In this document: positions 46,848 to 58,562 of the stretch, in pieces
Position numbering within the stretch: position 1 is the first letter of the stretch
Layout of the letters: every line of letters starts with the position of its first letter
Assembly (NCBI GenBank): GCA_027317865.1
Contig: DAHVQG010000004.1
Location: 150,563-214,562, forward strand
DNA: 64,000 bases
DNA from: Bdellovibrionales bacterium
GTDB lineage: Bacteria; Bdellovibrionota; Bdellovibrionia; Bdellovibrionales; UBA1609
Direction: 5' to 3'
Position numbers and translations under genes: made by a program
Notes under the pieces: generated by a model
Told to the model about the DNA's origin: nothing
The model's input: only the letters and a program-made list of their open reading frames with translations
Database searches by the model: none

Positions 46848-48605
46848 ATGCGGGATCGAAATCTCTATCAGGTTGGACCTTGGCCGCAAGACGGCGCGCC
46901 CAACCGACCGCAGTTTATTGACATACCTATTTTCATTTTGGTGGTGGCACTGATTTGGATTGTCGGGTCTATCGGACGCGATATGACGTCAACATTTACG
47001 GGAGCATCGACAACTTTTAATTTATCTTACAGTAAAATCCCCTACTACACGATTCGCAGTACCCTTCGTATGTTCATCGCCTATGGGTTTTCGCTTCTGT
47101 TCACGCTCGTGGTCGGCTATACCGCAGCCCATTCAACGCGGGCCCGGACTTTGATATTGCCGGCACTTGATATTTTGCAATCCGTCCCGGTACTTGGATT
47201 TTTGTCTGTCACTGTTACGGGATTTATGAGTTTGTTCCCGGGCTCGATGCTCGGGGTTGAAGCCGCGTGCATTTTCGCGATTTTTACGGCGCAAGTTTGG
47301 AATATGACATTCGGCTTCTATCATTCCCTGGTAACGATCCCGCGCGACTTAACCGAAGCGGCGACTGCGTTTGATCTTTCCCCTTGGGAGAGATTCAAAA
47401 CAGTTGAACTGCCCTCGGGAGCAATCTCACTCATTTGGAATTCAATGATGAGTTTCGGCGGCGGTTGGTTTTTTGTCGTGCAAAGTGAGGCTATATCGGT
47501 TCTCAACCAAAAAATTACCTTGCCCGGTATTGGGTCCTACCTTGCTGTCGCACTCGAGCGGGGCGACACAAAAGCAGCATGGATGGCCGTGCTAGCGATG
47601 GTCGTTGTAGTTGTGCTCATTGATCAAATTATATGGCGCCCGGTCGTCGCTTGGTCGCAAAAGTATCGCGTTGAACTTGTTGAATCGGGTGAAGTTCAAA
47701 CCTCGTGGGCGCTCGAACTTGGGCGACGTAGTTGGTTTTTACGCCGTATATTCACATTTTTTACCTCGTCATTTGTTAAAATTTCTGACTTTGTCATGTC
47801 CAACACCATGGATCGCACTCAAGCAAGATTGAGCCGTAACACGCGATCGAAAAAATTAGCCGACAGCATATCTCTTACTTTCATGATTGTTGTGATTTTT
47901 GCTATCGGTTATGAAAGTGTCCGTTTGATTCGAGAGATTCATACAAATATGGATCTTAACGAAGTTCGGCATATCGTTTGGCTAGGCTCTTTGACTATGT
48001 GCCGGGTATTTGTCATGGTCGTTGCCGCAACTTTGATCTGGACGCCAATAGGCGTTTGGATTGGTTTTCGCCCTAAAATTGCCAAGTTCGCACAACCCAT
48101 TGCGCAGATTGCAGCGTCATTTCCGGCCAACATGACCTTTCCATTCGTTGTTGGATTTTTTGTCGGCTATCATGTTTCAATCAACTGGGGGAGCATCTTA
48201 CTTCTAGCGCTCGGTACTCAGTGGTACATTCTATTTAACGTAATTGCCGGAGCAAGTTCCGTCCCATCGGATTTGAAGGAGAGCGCGTCGGTTTTTGGAC
48301 TGCGCGGCTGGCGGTATTGGCGAACGCTGATCATCCCCGCGATTTTTCCGTTTTGGGTCACCGGCGCTTGTACGGCTGCCGGTGGCGCATGGAACGCAAG
48401 CATCGTTGCTGAATATGTCAATTGGGGCCACAAGGTTCTTGTCGCCAAGGGGCTCGGCGCTTTTATTACTGAGACCACGGCCCGAGGTGATTGGCCCGCT
48501 ATTTTCTGCAGCATTCTTGTCATGGCCGTCTTTGTTGTGATTTTAAATCGTTTGCTGTGGAGAAATTTGTACGACTTGGCTGAACGAAAATACCGTCTCG
48601 ATTAA
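46848..48605 (+). CDS. NitT/TauT-family ABC permease (duplicated membrane domains)
   Basis: LDILQSVPVLGF, WNSMMSFGGGWFF, AGGAWNASIVAE. Confidence 0.88.
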   Translation: MRDRNLYQVGPWPQDGAPNRPQFIDIPIFILVVALIWIVGSIGRDMTSTFTGASTTFNLSYSKIPYYTIRSTLRMFIAYGFSLLFTLVVGYTAAHSTRARTLILPALDILQSVPVLGFLSVTVTGFMSLFPGSMLGVEAACIFAIFTAQVWNMTFGFYHSLVTIPRDLTEAATAFDLSPWERFKTVELPSGAISLIWNSMMSFGGGWFFVVQSEAISVLNQKITLPGIGSYLAVALERGDTKAAWMAVLAMVVVVVLIDQIIWRPVVAWSQKYRVELVESGEVQTSWALELGRRSWFLRRIFTFFTSSFVKISDFVMSNTMDRTQARLSRNTRSKKLADSISLTFMIVVIFAIGYESVRLIREIHTNMDLNEVRHIVWLGSLTMCRVFVMVVAATLIWTPIGVWIGFRPKIAKFAQPIAQIAASFPANMTFPFVVGFFVGYHVSINWGSILLLALGTQWYILFNVIAGASSVPSDLKESASVFGLRGWRYWRTLIIPAIFPFWVTGACTAAGGAWNASIVAEYVNWGHKVLVAKGLGAFITETTARGDWPAIFCSILVMAVFVVILNRLLWRNLYDLAERKYRLD

Positions 48606-48617
48606 CTAGGAGCGATT

Positions 48618-49910
48618 ATGAACCCCGAGTATATCGCCGAACTTGAAAATGTAAGTAAAACGTTTTGGTTGGCGGACAAACAACCTATTGAAGTTTTAAG
48701 TCAAATCAATTTAGGTATCAAAGAGGGCGAATTTATCGCACTTCTGGGCCAGTCGGGATCGGGCAAGTCGACGCTCCTGCGTATTTTGTCGGGACTTATC
48801 CCGCCAACATCGGGAATGGTTTACGAAAAAGCCAAAAAATTAACGGGAATTAACGAATCCATCGCAATCGTATTTCAAAGTTTTGCACTCTACCCGTGGC
48901 TAACTGTCTATGAAAATGTGCGCATCGGCTTAAATAAACGAAATCTATTGCCGGATCAGGAGCACGAAGAAATCGACAACGCATTGACACTTATTGGTTT
49001 AAGCGGCCATGACAACGCTTATCCTAAAGAGTTGTCAGGTGGAATGCGGCAAAGAGTCGGGTTCGCCCGCGCGCTCGTAGCTCGGCCCGCGATTTTGGCT
49101 ATGGATGAACCCTTTAGCGCGCTCGACGTCTTAACGGCAAAAAATTTGCGCGCTGAGATCATTGACCTTTGGGTTGAAAAGAAAGGTGTTTTTCAATCGG
49201 CATTTATGGTGACGCATAATATTTCAGAAGCCGTCTCAATGGCGTCTAAAATTATTATTCTCTCGAGCAATCCGGGGCGCCTTGCACACGTAATTCCCAA
49301 TAACCTACCGTATCCGCGAAACGAAAAATCGTCGGCGTTTCTTGGTATGGTCGATGAAATACACGACCTCATTACCGATCTCAACTTGCCCGACGTTGCG
49401 GTTCGAGAACGCGCCGCTAGCCGGGCGACACCCACTCGCGTTGAAAACTTACCCCCCGTTGAAGTAAACCGAATGCTCGGATTTCTTGAAGCGGTTGTCG
49501 GCGACGGCGGAAGGGCCGATATCTTCGGTCTCACCCAGCAAATGCGCGAAGAATTCGGGTCCGTCATTGCGATCGCAAAAGCGCTTGAGATCCTGGAGTT
49601 TGTCGTCACGCCTGAACACGAAGTCGTCATCACCCCCCTTGGGCGCGAACTAATCGACGCTGAACCAGAACGGAGAAAAGAAATCTTCAAAAAACAAATC
49701 CAACGCCTCGCCCTTTTTCGTTTACTCGGCAATAAACTAACGGAGCAAGAATCGGTCAGCGAAGAGGATTTCAAGCAAGAAATTCATGCTCAGCTCCCAT
49801 ATGAAAATGCCGACAAAATGATCGACACGATTGTCGACTGGGGGCGGTACGCCGAAATTTTTGATTTTGATGCGAACCTTAAAGCATTTAGTAAGCCCGC
49901 AGAGAGCTGA
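48618..49910 (+). CDS. NitT/TauT-family ABC ATPase with C-terminal associated domain
   Basis: GQSGSGKST, LSGGMRQRVGFARAL, MDEPFSALDVLTA, DWGRYAEIF. Confidence 0.9.
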   Translation: MNPEYIAELENVSKTFWLADKQPIEVLSQINLGIKEGEFIALLGQSGSGKSTLLRILSGLIPPTSGMVYEKAKKLTGINESIAIVFQSFALYPWLTVYENVRIGLNKRNLLPDQEHEEIDNALTLIGLSGHDNAYPKELSGGMRQRVGFARALVARPAILAMDEPFSALDVLTAKNLRAEIIDLWVEKKGVFQSAFMVTHNISEAVSMASKIIILSSNPGRLAHVIPNNLPYPRNEKSSAFLGMVDEIHDLITDLNLPDVAVRERAASRATPTRVENLPPVEVNRMLGFLEAVVGDGGRADIFGLTQQMREEFGSVIAIAKALEILEFVVTPEHEVVITPLGRELIDAEPERRKEIFKKQIQRLALFRLLGNKLTEQESVSEEDFKQEIHAQLPYENADKMIDTIVDWGRYAEIFDFDANLKAFSKPAES

Positions 49911-49922
49911 GTTGCTCGTTGC

Positions 49923-50882
49923 TCAAGCTGCGGCATCACTGTGCGAAACTGGTTCTTTCGCAAGCCTTAGTACAAACCGGGTATGCTGCGAATTTTCGTC
50001 ATAGATCAGTTCGCCGCCGTGAATTTTCGCAATGCCAAAAGAAATACATAATCCTAATCCCGTTCCTTTGCCCACTTCTTTAGTTGTAAAAAACGGGTCA
50101 AAAATATCCGGACGAATTTTTTTGTCAATTCCACGCCCGCTGTCGGTGACCGAAATTTCGACAAACTCGGATGTGCATTTAAATTCGATTCGAATCCATT
50201 TCTCAGATAGTTCGCCGATGGCGTCGCACGAATTGTTTATCAGATTAACTAGCACCTGAGAAATCTGCGTCGCGCGGCATTTAATTGTACAACCAGGTGC
50301 CACATCGACAATTACGTCTATCTTATTTTTCTTGAATCGCTCTCCACAAATCCACAGCGACTCTTTGATCAATGTATGCAAGTCGGCCGGCAAAAACGGA
50401 TCGCGGCCACCGTCGCGCGAAAACGTTCGAAGCCCCGATATAATATTTGCGATTCGAGTGGTCATGAGTTCAATTTGATCAAGCAACCGTACAACTTCCG
50501 AAAAGTCGGGCTTTCCGTCGCCCATAATGTCTTTTGCCAATCCCGAATTTGCTTTGATGAGCGCCAGTGGATTATTTATTTCATGCGCGATCCCGCTCGC
50601 CATTCGTCCTAATTCTGACATTTTTGCCGCGTGAAAAAGACGAGCTTGTTGCTGAGCCACCTCATTTTCGAGCCGTTTGCGCTCTTCAACTGTCTCAAGG
50701 AGTTCACGAGAGCTGATGTTCATCGCCCGTTCGAGTGTGGTGCGATCTTCGTCCAAATCGACGTAAACACGATCAACGGCGGCCAAAAACAATTCGAGAT
50801 CGCGTCGATCTTTTTTTGAAAGTCGCGAACACAGGTTCGATAAAAATTTTCTAACTTCACAGTCAAGGCGTTTATGTAACAC
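49923..50882 (-). CDS. Cytoplasmic sensor histidine kinase
   Basis: [40 protein letters not shown]; no TM. Confidence 0.92.
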   Translation of the reverse strand: MLHKRLDCEVRKFLSNLCSRLSKKDRRDLELFLAAVDRVYVDLDEDRTTLERAMNISSRELLETVEERKRLENEVAQQQARLFHAAKMSELGRMASGIAHEINNPLALIKANSGLAKDIMGDGKPDFSEVVRLLDQIELMTTRIANIISGLRTFSRDGGRDPFLPADLHTLIKESLWICGERFKKNKIDVIVDVAPGCTIKCRATQISQVLVNLINNSCDAIGELSEKWIRIEFKCTSEFVEISVTDSGRGIDKKIRPDIFDPFFTTKEVGKGTGLGLCISFGIAKIHGGELIYDENSQHTRFVLRLAKEPVSHSDAAA

Positions 50883-50888
50883 AGATTC

Positions 50889-50915
50889 TTTTCGGAGGCG
50901 TACCCTGCCAGCTTA
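50889..50915 (-). promoter_or_regulatory. Putative sigma28-type promoter for the kinase
   Basis: TAAG-N15-TCCGAAAA, then 6 nt to the GTG start. Confidence 0.45.
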
Positions 50916-50923
50916 ACAGCTAG

Positions 50924-53900
50924 TCAAATTTTTTGCATTTGCCCGAGCGGTTCTACCGAATAATCGGCATGACGTGACCTTTGGAGAGCTAGTAAAAACG
51001 CCTGTGCGGCGTCGCTTTCAGTGATGCAGGGTATGGAATAATCGATGCAACTTCGGCGGATTCCAAAACTCGCCTCAATCGAACGCCGACCGGAAGTCGT
51101 GTTGATCACAAAAGCTATTTGTCCTGAACGAATACGATCGACACAATGCGGCCTTCCCTCGTGAACTTTTTTGACCTCGACGCATTCGACGCTATTCGAA
51201 CGCAGAAATTGTGCCGTACCACCTGTGGCCGAAAGCGTGTAACCCATGGCGATGAGTTCACGAATTAACGGCAAGAGCTCCTCTTTGTCTTTATCTCGCA
51301 ACGACAAAAACACTTCGCCATCTTGTGGGAGCGTCAACGAGCTGGCAACCAACGCCTTGAGCATCGCTTCGGCGTAATCGTGACCGCGGCCCATTGTTTC
51401 TCCGGTCGATTTCATTTCAGGGCCCAAAATCGAGTCGGCTTCAAAAAACTTTTTAAACGGAAACACCACGCCTTTAACCGCTACTTGTTTCGTGTTTTGC
51501 CATTGAAATCGTTCCGGTCGCACCTGCGACTTCGAACGCCCCAAAATCGCCAAGGCCCCTAAATCCACTAGCGGTATGCCCGTTGCTTTTACCAAAAAAG
51601 GGACACTTCGAGAGCTACGGGGATTGGCTTCTAGCATATGGACGACGTCGTTCTTAACTGCGAGTTGCAAATTCAAAAAACCCAAAATCTCGAGACGCTT
51701 AGCGAGCCCAATAGCAAGTTCTTCAATTTTCGCTGCCGTTTCGCGCTTTAACCGCTGTGGAGGTACGACGCCCATTGAGTCCCCGCTATGTACGCCGGCG
51801 GCTTCGATGTGCTCCACAATTCCGCCGATCACTGTCCAGTCGGGGCCGCACACCAAATCAACATCCACCTCGAGCGCACGTTCGAGAAATTCATCAACAA
51901 GACATGGCGATTTCTTTGAGATAAAAGCGCTGTGGCGCTCGAAATAACTTTCAAGCTCGTTGTCGTTTTCAATGACCTCCATACGGCGCCCGCCCAAAAC
52001 ATAACTGGGGCGGCACAACACCGGATAACTTACCGTTTTTACGATCTCACGCGCGTCGGCGATGTTTGCGGCTAAACCAGATTTTGGGATCGCTACTCCG
52101 AACGATCTGCAAATTTCATTAAACCGTCCTCGATCTTCTGCCAAATCAATCGCATTTAGTGATGAACCCATTAATTGAAATCCGTCTTCAACCAATTGCG
52201 GGGCTAATTGAATCGGAGTTTGACCGCCAAGTTGCGCGACAAAACCTAGCGGTTGCACATAAGCCAACACTTCGCTCACGTGCTCATGGGTCAGCGGTTC
52301 AAAGAACAGTTCATTTGAGGTGTCATAATCGGTCGAAACCGTTTCGGGATTCGAATTTACCATTATGACGTGAAAACCCTCGGTACGAAACCTTTGAACA
52401 CTCCTCACGCAACTGTAATCGAATTCAATTCCTTGACCGATGCGATTGGCGCCGCTGCCTAATATAACAATCGCTTTATCACTGGAATGAACCGCCGGTG
52501 ACGACCAATAGGTCGAGTAAAAATACGGAGTTTCAGACTGAAATTCCCCGGCGCAAGTATCAACTTGCAAAAACGCCGGTCGAATGCCGCGACGCTTGCG
52601 CTCGGCACGCACATCGCTCTCGTTGAGTTCGCGTAAACTCGCAATAGCGGCGTCGCTAAACCCAATACGTTTGGCTTCTAAAATCAACTCCGGCGTTAGT
52701 TCCCGCTCGGCTCTAATTACCGCCTCGAATTGCGTCAATTGTTGGAGTTGCTCCAAAAACCACGGCGTGATTTGAGTAAGTTTGTAAATCTCATCCACGC
52801 TTCGGCCGTCACGTAGCGCTTGTACAATATGAAAAATCCGTTCGCTGTTCGGAATTGCGAGCCTTTGCTCATCAGTTACGACCGGCGCAAAACCGCGCGG
52901 ATCGCGCTCAAGCGCCAAAACCGCTTTTTGAATCGACTCCTTAAATGTGCGGCCGATCGCCATCACTTCACCGACGCTTTTCATTTGCGTCGTGAGAACG
53001 TTTTTCGAACCCGGAAATTTTTCAAACGCAAATCGCGGGATTTTCGTCACGACATAATCGAGTGCCGGTTCATAACAAGACGGAGTTGTTTTCGTAATGT
53101 CGTTCTGAATTTCGTCGAGAGTGTAGCCAACCGCTAAAAGGGCCGCGATTTTCGCAATTGGAAATCCGGTCGCCTTGCTCGCAAGTGCCGATGAGCGGCT
53201 TACACGCGGATTCATTTCAATAACGTAACGCTCGCCGGTTTCTTGATGAACGGCAAACTGAATATTCGCCCCGCCAGTTTCAACCCCCACTGCGTTCACG
53301 ATTTTGCAGGCTTCGTCACGCATCGCTTGATAGGCTTCGTCCGACAAAGTTTGTTGAGGCGCGACCGTAATACTGTCGCCCGTATGCACTCCACAAGGGT
53401 CAAAATTTTCGATGGAACAAATCACGACAAACGTGCCGCGTTTATCGCGCATCACCTCGAGTTCGAACTCCTTCCATCCCAAAATGCTTTCTTCAACCAG
53501 CACTTCGTGACTCGGGCTTTCGTGCAAGGCCAAACTAATTTTGGTCTTATATTCTTCAAGCGAAAACGCAATTCCACCACCGCCGCCACCAAGAGTAAAA
53601 TTCGGACGCAAAACGAGTGGCAAACCCATTTCATCGGCAACGGCCATGCCTTCATCGAATGAACGCACCATTTTTGAGTGGGGGTATTTTGCTCCAACAG
53701 AATCGAGAATCCGGCAAAAACGTTCACGATCTTCGGCGGCTCGAATGACGTCGCTTTTTGCTCCCAGCATTTCAATGCCAAGCTTTTTCAATATGCCTGA
53801 TTTTTCAAGTGCAAGACCCAAATTGAGCGCCGTTTGACCGCCAAGCGTGGGTATCAAGGCATCCGGCTTTTCTTTTTCAAGAATCGGCCGCACGAACTCT

Positions 53901-54112
53901 TCTTTGAGCGGCTCGAGGTAAACTCGCGTGGCAATCTCAGGATCGGTCATAATCGTGGCCGGATTCGAGTTGATCAGAACAACTTCGAGACCTTCACGCA
54001 TTAAGGCCTTACAAGCTTGCGTACCGGAGTAATCAAATTCGCACGCTTGCCCGATGACGATCGGACCGCTCCCCAGAATTACTACTTTTTTATACGCGCA
54101 GGCGCGATTCAT
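50924..54112 (-). CDS. carB: Carbamoyl-phosphate synthase large subunit
   Basis: [34 protein letters not shown], duplicated ATP-grasp, C-terminal MGS domain. Confidence 0.97.
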   Translation of the reverse strand: MNRACAYKKVVILGSGPIVIGQACEFDYSGTQACKALMREGLEVVLINSNPATIMTDPEIATRVYLEPLKEEFVRPILEKEKPDALIPTLGGQTALNLGLALEKSGILKKLGIEMLGAKSDVIRAAEDRERFCRILDSVGAKYPHSKMVRSFDEGMAVADEMGLPLVLRPNFTLGGGGGGIAFSLEEYKTKISLALHESPSHEVLVEESILGWKEFELEVMRDKRGTFVVICSIENFDPCGVHTGDSITVAPQQTLSDEAYQAMRDEACKIVNAVGVETGGANIQFAVHQETGERYVIEMNPRVSRSSALASKATGFPIAKIAALLAVGYTLDEIQNDITKTTPSCYEPALDYVVTKIPRFAFEKFPGSKNVLTTQMKSVGEVMAIGRTFKESIQKAVLALERDPRGFAPVVTDEQRLAIPNSERIFHIVQALRDGRSVDEIYKLTQITPWFLEQLQQLTQFEAVIRAERELTPELILEAKRIGFSDAAIASLRELNESDVRAERKRRGIRPAFLQVDTCAGEFQSETPYFYSTYWSSPAVHSSDKAIVILGSGANRIGQGIEFDYSCVRSVQRFRTEGFHVIMVNSNPETVSTDYDTSNELFFEPLTHEHVSEVLAYVQPLGFVAQLGGQTPIQLAPQLVEDGFQLMGSSLNAIDLAEDRGRFNEICRSFGVAIPKSGLAANIADAREIVKTVSYPVLCRPSYVLGGRRMEVIENDNELESYFERHSAFISKKSPCLVDEFLERALEVDVDLVCGPDWTVIGGIVEHIEAAGVHSGDSMGVVPPQRLKRETAAKIEELAIGLAKRLEILGFLNLQLAVKNDVVHMLEANPRSSRSVPFLVKATGIPLVDLGALAILGRSKSQVRPERFQWQNTKQVAVKGVVFPFKKFFEADSILGPEMKSTGETMGRGHDYAEAMLKALVASSLTLPQDGEVFLSLRDKDKEELLPLIRELIAMGYTLSATGGTAQFLRSNSVECVEVKKVHEGRPHCVDRIRSGQIAFVINTTSGRRSIEASFGIRRSCIDYSIPCITESDAAQAFLLALQRSRHADYSVEPLGQMQKI

Positions 54113-54836
54113 TCGAATAAATCTCTTTTATACCGACGTGCCGGTATTGTTCAAATTTGTTGCGCATCCGAAAAAGCCGCAACACGAGACGTTCACGCGC
54201 CTCTTTTTGCTGCTCATCCGGCAATTTATTTACCAGTTTCACCTGCGCATTGATGAACTTCGTTGCTTCGGGCGGGTGAAAGCAAAAGGCAATTGAAAAT
54301 AAAAACGAATCCTGATGTGGGATGAGTCTGGCTTGAAAATATTCTTCAGGAGTGAACCCGTACGTCACGGGGGAGTTTTTTATCACAAGCTTGTATTTAG
54401 AAAAAAGATCTTTGACGTAAACGTCTTGATTTTTAATTTTAATAAATTCAAATAAACTCAATCTATTGAGAGACATATTCTTCAAATAAGGTAAATCGGA
54501 TTCGCTGACTCTTGCCGGGCGGTTTACAAGGTGGTGCGCGATCGGAACAAGCCCCGAGCTAGTCAGTGGACGTGAAAATAAATACCAGTCCGTGAATTGC
54601 GCCATTCGCATATCGAAAGATGGCGATTGTTCATCAAAAATCCCAGCCAATTCGAAAAATTCGAGTTTAGCAGCGACCGCTTCGTCGGCAAACGGGCCGG
54701 CCGCATAAAATTGCATGAGGCCGTCGATAATCTCGTAATATCGTTTTACGTACGCGAAATCTTCTTGTTTCGTTGCGGGTTGATTTGATTCAAGTTTTAA
54801 TTCCATACCGTCGCCTTCTTCCATATCGACCACCAT
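54090..54836 (-). CDS. Hypothetical protein between carA and carB (start 54836, 54824 or 54806)
   Basis: Abuts the carA stop and overlaps the carB start; globular-looking sequence. Confidence 0.8.
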   Translation of the reverse strand: MVVDMEEGDGMELKLESNQPATKQEDFAYVKRYYEIIDGLMQFYAAGPFADEAVAAKLEFFELAGIFDEQSPSFDMRMAQFTDWYLFSRPLTSSGLVPIAHHLVNRPARVSESDLPYLKNMSLNRLSLFEFIKIKNQDVYVKDLFSKYKLVIKNSPVTYGFTPEEYFQARLIPHQDSFLFSIAFCFHPPEATKFINAQVKLVNKLPDEQQKEARERLVLRLFRMRNKFEQYRHVGIKEIYSNESRLRV

Positions 54837-55958
54837 TTAACGACGAATCTGTTTAACAAAATAGTCAAACAGTATCGAAGACTCATGCGGCCCTGGATGA
54901 CTCTCTGGATGAAACTGCACGCTTAAACAGTGCGATTCACGATGGGAGATCCCAGCCACTGTTTGATCATTGAGATTAACATGAGTCACTTCAACAGCGG
55001 AAGGTAAGCTTTGCGGATCGACATTATAGCCATGATTCTGACTCGTCATATAAATACGGTTCAACAGCCGATCTCGAATCGGATGATTACTGCCGCGGTG
55101 GCCAAATTTAAGCTTATAAGTACGGCCGCCTAGCGCACGACTCAAAACTTGATGCCCCATGCAAATGCCAAAAATAAATTTGTAACGCTCCGGGTGTTTG
55201 ACATTGTGTTGGAGCAGTTCCTTAACGGTTTTGGTGCCATCGTTGACGTCCGCCGGGTCGCCTGGTCCGTTTGTAAGCAAGACGGCGTCTGGGTTCCAGG
55301 CCAAAATATCGTCTGCTTTGCTCCACGAAGGAAAAATCCGCATTAAACTGCATCGCGCAGCGATCTCACGTAAGATATTCTCTTTTGAACCGAAATCTAA
55401 AACAGCAATGCGTGGACCGCTTGCCACAGCTCCTTTTCGATCCTCAACTGTCTTTCTGCACACGGCTTTGGTCCAGTCGGCCGCGTCAGCGCTAGTTTTT
55501 TCTCGCTTCGCATTTTCAATTAATTTATTCGCCTCTTCTCGTGCCATTGCTTCATTTTCGCCGCGTACAATTGCGCCCCAACGCGTGCCTTGGCTGCGCA
55601 AATGAAGCACGAGCCTTCGCGTATCAACCCCGGTCATGACCGGCACGTGGGCATTACGCAAAAGGTGAAGCCATTCCGAATCACGAGAGCTGTTTTGCAA
55701 GTCGAGACAAACAAATCCGCGTATCCAGATGTTTTTTGATTCCCAAACCCGAGCGTTAATACCGTAATTACCCTGTTGAGGCGCGGTCATAACCAAAATT
55801 TGCGAATAATATGACGGATCAGTCGCCATTTCTTCGTAACCGGAATGAGAGGTATTGAATACCACTTCGCCCGCTTGTGCGACCTCACCATGAAACTCGC
55901 CTTGAAAAATGAGTCCGTCGTCTAAAATTAAATACCCAGAACTTAAGCTGCCGCTCAT
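54837..55958 (-). CDS. carA: Carbamoyl-phosphate synthase small subunit
   Basis: GEVVFNT, TDPSY, NGPGDP, GICMGHQ, SQNHG, QFHPE; ATG 55958. Confidence 0.96.
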   Translation of the reverse strand: MSGSLSSGYLILDDGLIFQGEFHGEVAQAGEVVFNTSHSGYEEMATDPSYYSQILVMTAPQQGNYGINARVWESKNIWIRGFVCLDLQNSSRDSEWLHLLRNAHVPVMTGVDTRRLVLHLRSQGTRWGAIVRGENEAMAREEANKLIENAKREKTSADAADWTKAVCRKTVEDRKGAVASGPRIAVLDFGSKENILREIAARCSLMRIFPSWSKADDILAWNPDAVLLTNGPGDPADVNDGTKTVKELLQHNVKHPERYKFIFGICMGHQVLSRALGGRTYKLKFGHRGSNHPIRDRLLNRIYMTSQNHGYNVDPQSLPSAVEVTHVNLNDQTVAGISHRESHCLSVQFHPESHPGPHESSILFDYFVKQIRR

Positions 55959-56914
55959 GTCTTTTCTCCACTCGCATGCGCCAGCATTTCTGAAATAACA
56001 GCAGCGCGAATATAAACACCGTTTGTTACCTGATCGTGAATTACGCAACGTGGATCATCCAAAATTTCTTCGTTTAGATCTTCACCTGCAACAAACGGCC
56101 CCGGGTGCATGATGATTGCCTCCGAAGAAAGATTTTCTAAATTCAACTTGTCTAGACGAAATTCACGCAGCGCCGGTTCGGCCACCGACCCTTTTGAATT
56201 TGTTCCGTCGCTCGTATGACGTTCTTTTTGAATACGCAAACCAATGCATACCGTGCACCACTGAGACGCCTCACGAAGATTATTAAACTTTTTTGCCTTC
56301 GACCAATCGGCGGTCGTCGGCACCCACTCCGCCGGAGCAGCCACAGCCACTTCGGCACCCAGCATTTCAAATAACAATCGACCCGAGCGTGCGACGCGAC
56401 TGTGTTCGACATCGCCGACATAAACGATCTTTTGCCCCTCGATGTGGCCAAGCTTTTCAATCACGGTCATAGCGTCAAGTAATGCCTGGGTCGGATGCTC
56501 ACCTTTTCCGTCACCTGCGTTAATCCACGGAATTTTAGAGGAGCCTAGAGTTGCCGCGAGTCGCTTTTCACCACTATGACGGCACACTAACAAATCGGGT
56601 TTCATCGCCAAAAGGTTCGCAAGCGTTTCGTGCGCGCTTTCGCCTTTTTTAAGACTTGTAGAAGCGTCAGCCGCAAACGAAACCGCGCGAATTCCAAGGC
56701 GCGCAGCCGCCATTTCAAAACTGGTTCGCGTGCGCGTCGAGGGCTCAAAAAATGCCAAAAGCATGGTCGGGTTATATTCTGAAAAAGCCGCGGATCGAGA
56801 CGGTGGAAGGTATCGGCGGTCTCTTTTAAGACGAAACGCATTCTCAATTATTTTTTGAATTTGCTGTGGATGTAGATCTCTCACTGACGCGAGAGAATTT
56901 GGATAACCAGACAT
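55955..56914 (-). CDS. pyrB: Aspartate carbamoyltransferase catalytic subunit
   Basis: FFEPSTRTRTSFE, INAGDG..EHPTQALLD, HSRVARS, MHPGP. Confidence 0.95.
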   Translation of the reverse strand: MSGYPNSLASVRDLHPQQIQKIIENAFRLKRDRRYLPPSRSAAFSEYNPTMLLAFFEPSTRTRTSFEMAAARLGIRAVSFAADASTSLKKGESAHETLANLLAMKPDLLVCRHSGEKRLAATLGSSKIPWINAGDGKGEHPTQALLDAMTVIEKLGHIEGQKIVYVGDVEHSRVARSGRLLFEMLGAEVAVAAPAEWVPTTADWSKAKKFNNLREASQWCTVCIGLRIQKERHTSDGTNSKGSVAEPALREFRLDKLNLENLSSEAIIMHPGPFVAGEDLNEEILDDPRCVIHDQVTNGVYIRAAVISEMLAHASGEKT

Positions 56915-56948
56915 CAAAAGTAGATCTAACGTGAAGGATAGATGAAAG

Positions 56949-57692
56949 TCAATCGTCACGTCGTTTGGCTTCGAGTAAAAAGCCACGGGCCGTCTGCGCC
57001 CATCTGTTTAGCGCTTTTTCGTTCTGTTTTTCCGTTGCGCCCCGCTCAACGATTTCAATAATATTCTCGAGTTGCTGCGCATTGGTTCCAGTAAAATCAA
57101 TAACGTCGCCGTACATTTGAAAGGGCAAGGGCCCAACATTGGGGCCGCGTTTTTGTTCTTCTTTGTATAACTCATGAATCGTTTGCGCCGTTTCACCATA
57201 AACAATAGCCCCAATCTTTTGCATTAAGCTTGATTCGAGCGCGTTGATGACATTGCGGCTAACGGCCAGTTTTTCATTTTCGCCAGTGCCTGTCTTAGCA
57301 AAGCCTTTAACTATTGCAAAAAATAATTTCACTCCATAAAACGATGCCTTATTGAAATAGACCGTCTCGGCATCCGCGTCGTTTGAAACATTCAAAGTGG
57401 TATCTCTTCCAAACCAGATGCCAAGTTTTCGTAAATCCCCCAACTGCGCCGGCGCGCGTGTTTCAAGAGCATTTAAAATTTTCTCTATTTCGCGCCCACG
57501 AATCGATACTTCGCTGATGTTCACATCGGGTCCAACAAAAATTTGTGCTCCACTTTTCAAAATTGTTTCGCACGCTTTCGGGGTAAGGGATTGATAATCA
57601 AATGGCATGGCAGCACACGGCAAAGAAATCGACAATACGCCGACTAACGCGAACACCGAAAATTTTATTTGTTTAACTGAAGCGTTACCCAC
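56949..57692 (-). CDS. Hypothetical secreted protein
   Basis: Signal-peptide-like N-terminus; 247 aa; no recognised motif. Confidence 0.65.
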   Translation of the reverse strand: MGNASVKQIKFSVFALVGVLSISLPCAAMPFDYQSLTPKACETILKSGAQIFVGPDVNISEVSIRGREIEKILNALETRAPAQLGDLRKLGIWFGRDTTLNVSNDADAETVYFNKASFYGVKLFFAIVKGFAKTGTGENEKLAVSRNVINALESSLMQKIGAIVYGETAQTIHELYKEEQKRGPNVGPLPFQMYGDVIDFTGTNAQQLENIIEIVERGATEKQNEKALNRWAQTARGFLLEAKRRDD

Positions 57693-57796
57693 ATTTCACC
57701 ATCTCATAAACGCGCATTGATAATTTAATCCACTTGCGCCAACAATGAAATACGCAATGTTTTCAAAATGTTGTCAAATATTTGTACAACTATGGG

Positions 57797-58525
57797 CTAC
57801 TGCACCCATTGGAACATTCGATGCTCGCGCAAACGTGACGTATAACCGCCGCCCTGTTGTTTGTGCCAGGCAAAAGACAGCGCAATAAGTACGATTCGGG
57901 CTTCGATGTCACGGTCAGGGATTGCTCCCCAATAACGCGAATCTTCGCTGAAATCGCGGTTATCGCTTAAGGCAAAAAAGCTGTGAGGGGGAACAATGTA
58001 CGGGCCAAAATCTCGCGAGGGTTGGTTTGATATTAAAATAGTGTGGGTAGGCTCGTCGTACACCTTTTCGTTTAGCGCCACCACACGCGCTTGGGACGCG
58101 ATTACCGGTGAAACATGCACGTGGCTCAGCGAATAGTGCGCCATATGGCCGTTTATAATTAAATGCTGCTTGCGAATTTCAACTCGATCGCCGCCGATCG
58201 CGACCACTCGTTTAACACAAAAATGTTCCGTCTGATCGGGACATCGAAAAACGACCAAATCCCCCCGTCTGGGAGTCGTTTGGCCGTAATGTATGTTAGT
58301 AAACGGAATTGTTATACCATATGGCAATCGATAACCGATGAGAAAATCTCCTAATCGTAGAGTCGGCTCCATGGTCAGATTCGTTATCTTGTAGGTTGAT
58401 ATGACGAATGAACGTAAAATAAATGCGAAGATAACCGCAAGAATGAGCGCCTCTGAATAATCGCGAAGAACGTGTAGAATCGCATCGCGCAGATCTCTCC
58501 CCAAATTTTGAAATTTAAATGGCAT
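57797..58525 (-). CDS. Signal peptidase I paralog with Thr at the catalytic Ser position
   Basis: ITNLTMEPTL (box B variant), RRGDLVVF, VKRVV..GGD, LSDNRDFSEDSRYWG. Confidence 0.85.
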   Translation of the reverse strand: MPFKFQNLGRDLRDAILHVLRDYSEALILAVIFAFILRSFVISTYKITNLTMEPTLRLGDFLIGYRLPYGITIPFTNIHYGQTTPRRGDLVVFRCPDQTEHFCVKRVVAIGGDRVEIRKQHLIINGHMAHYSLSHVHVSPVIASQARVVALNEKVYDEPTHTILISNQPSRDFGPYIVPPHSFFALSDNRDFSEDSRYWGAIPDRDIEARIVLIALSFAWHKQQGGGYTSRLREHRMFQWVQ

Positions 58526-58562
58526 TACAACCTCGTCCCGAACGTTCTAACCAAGCTTAATG

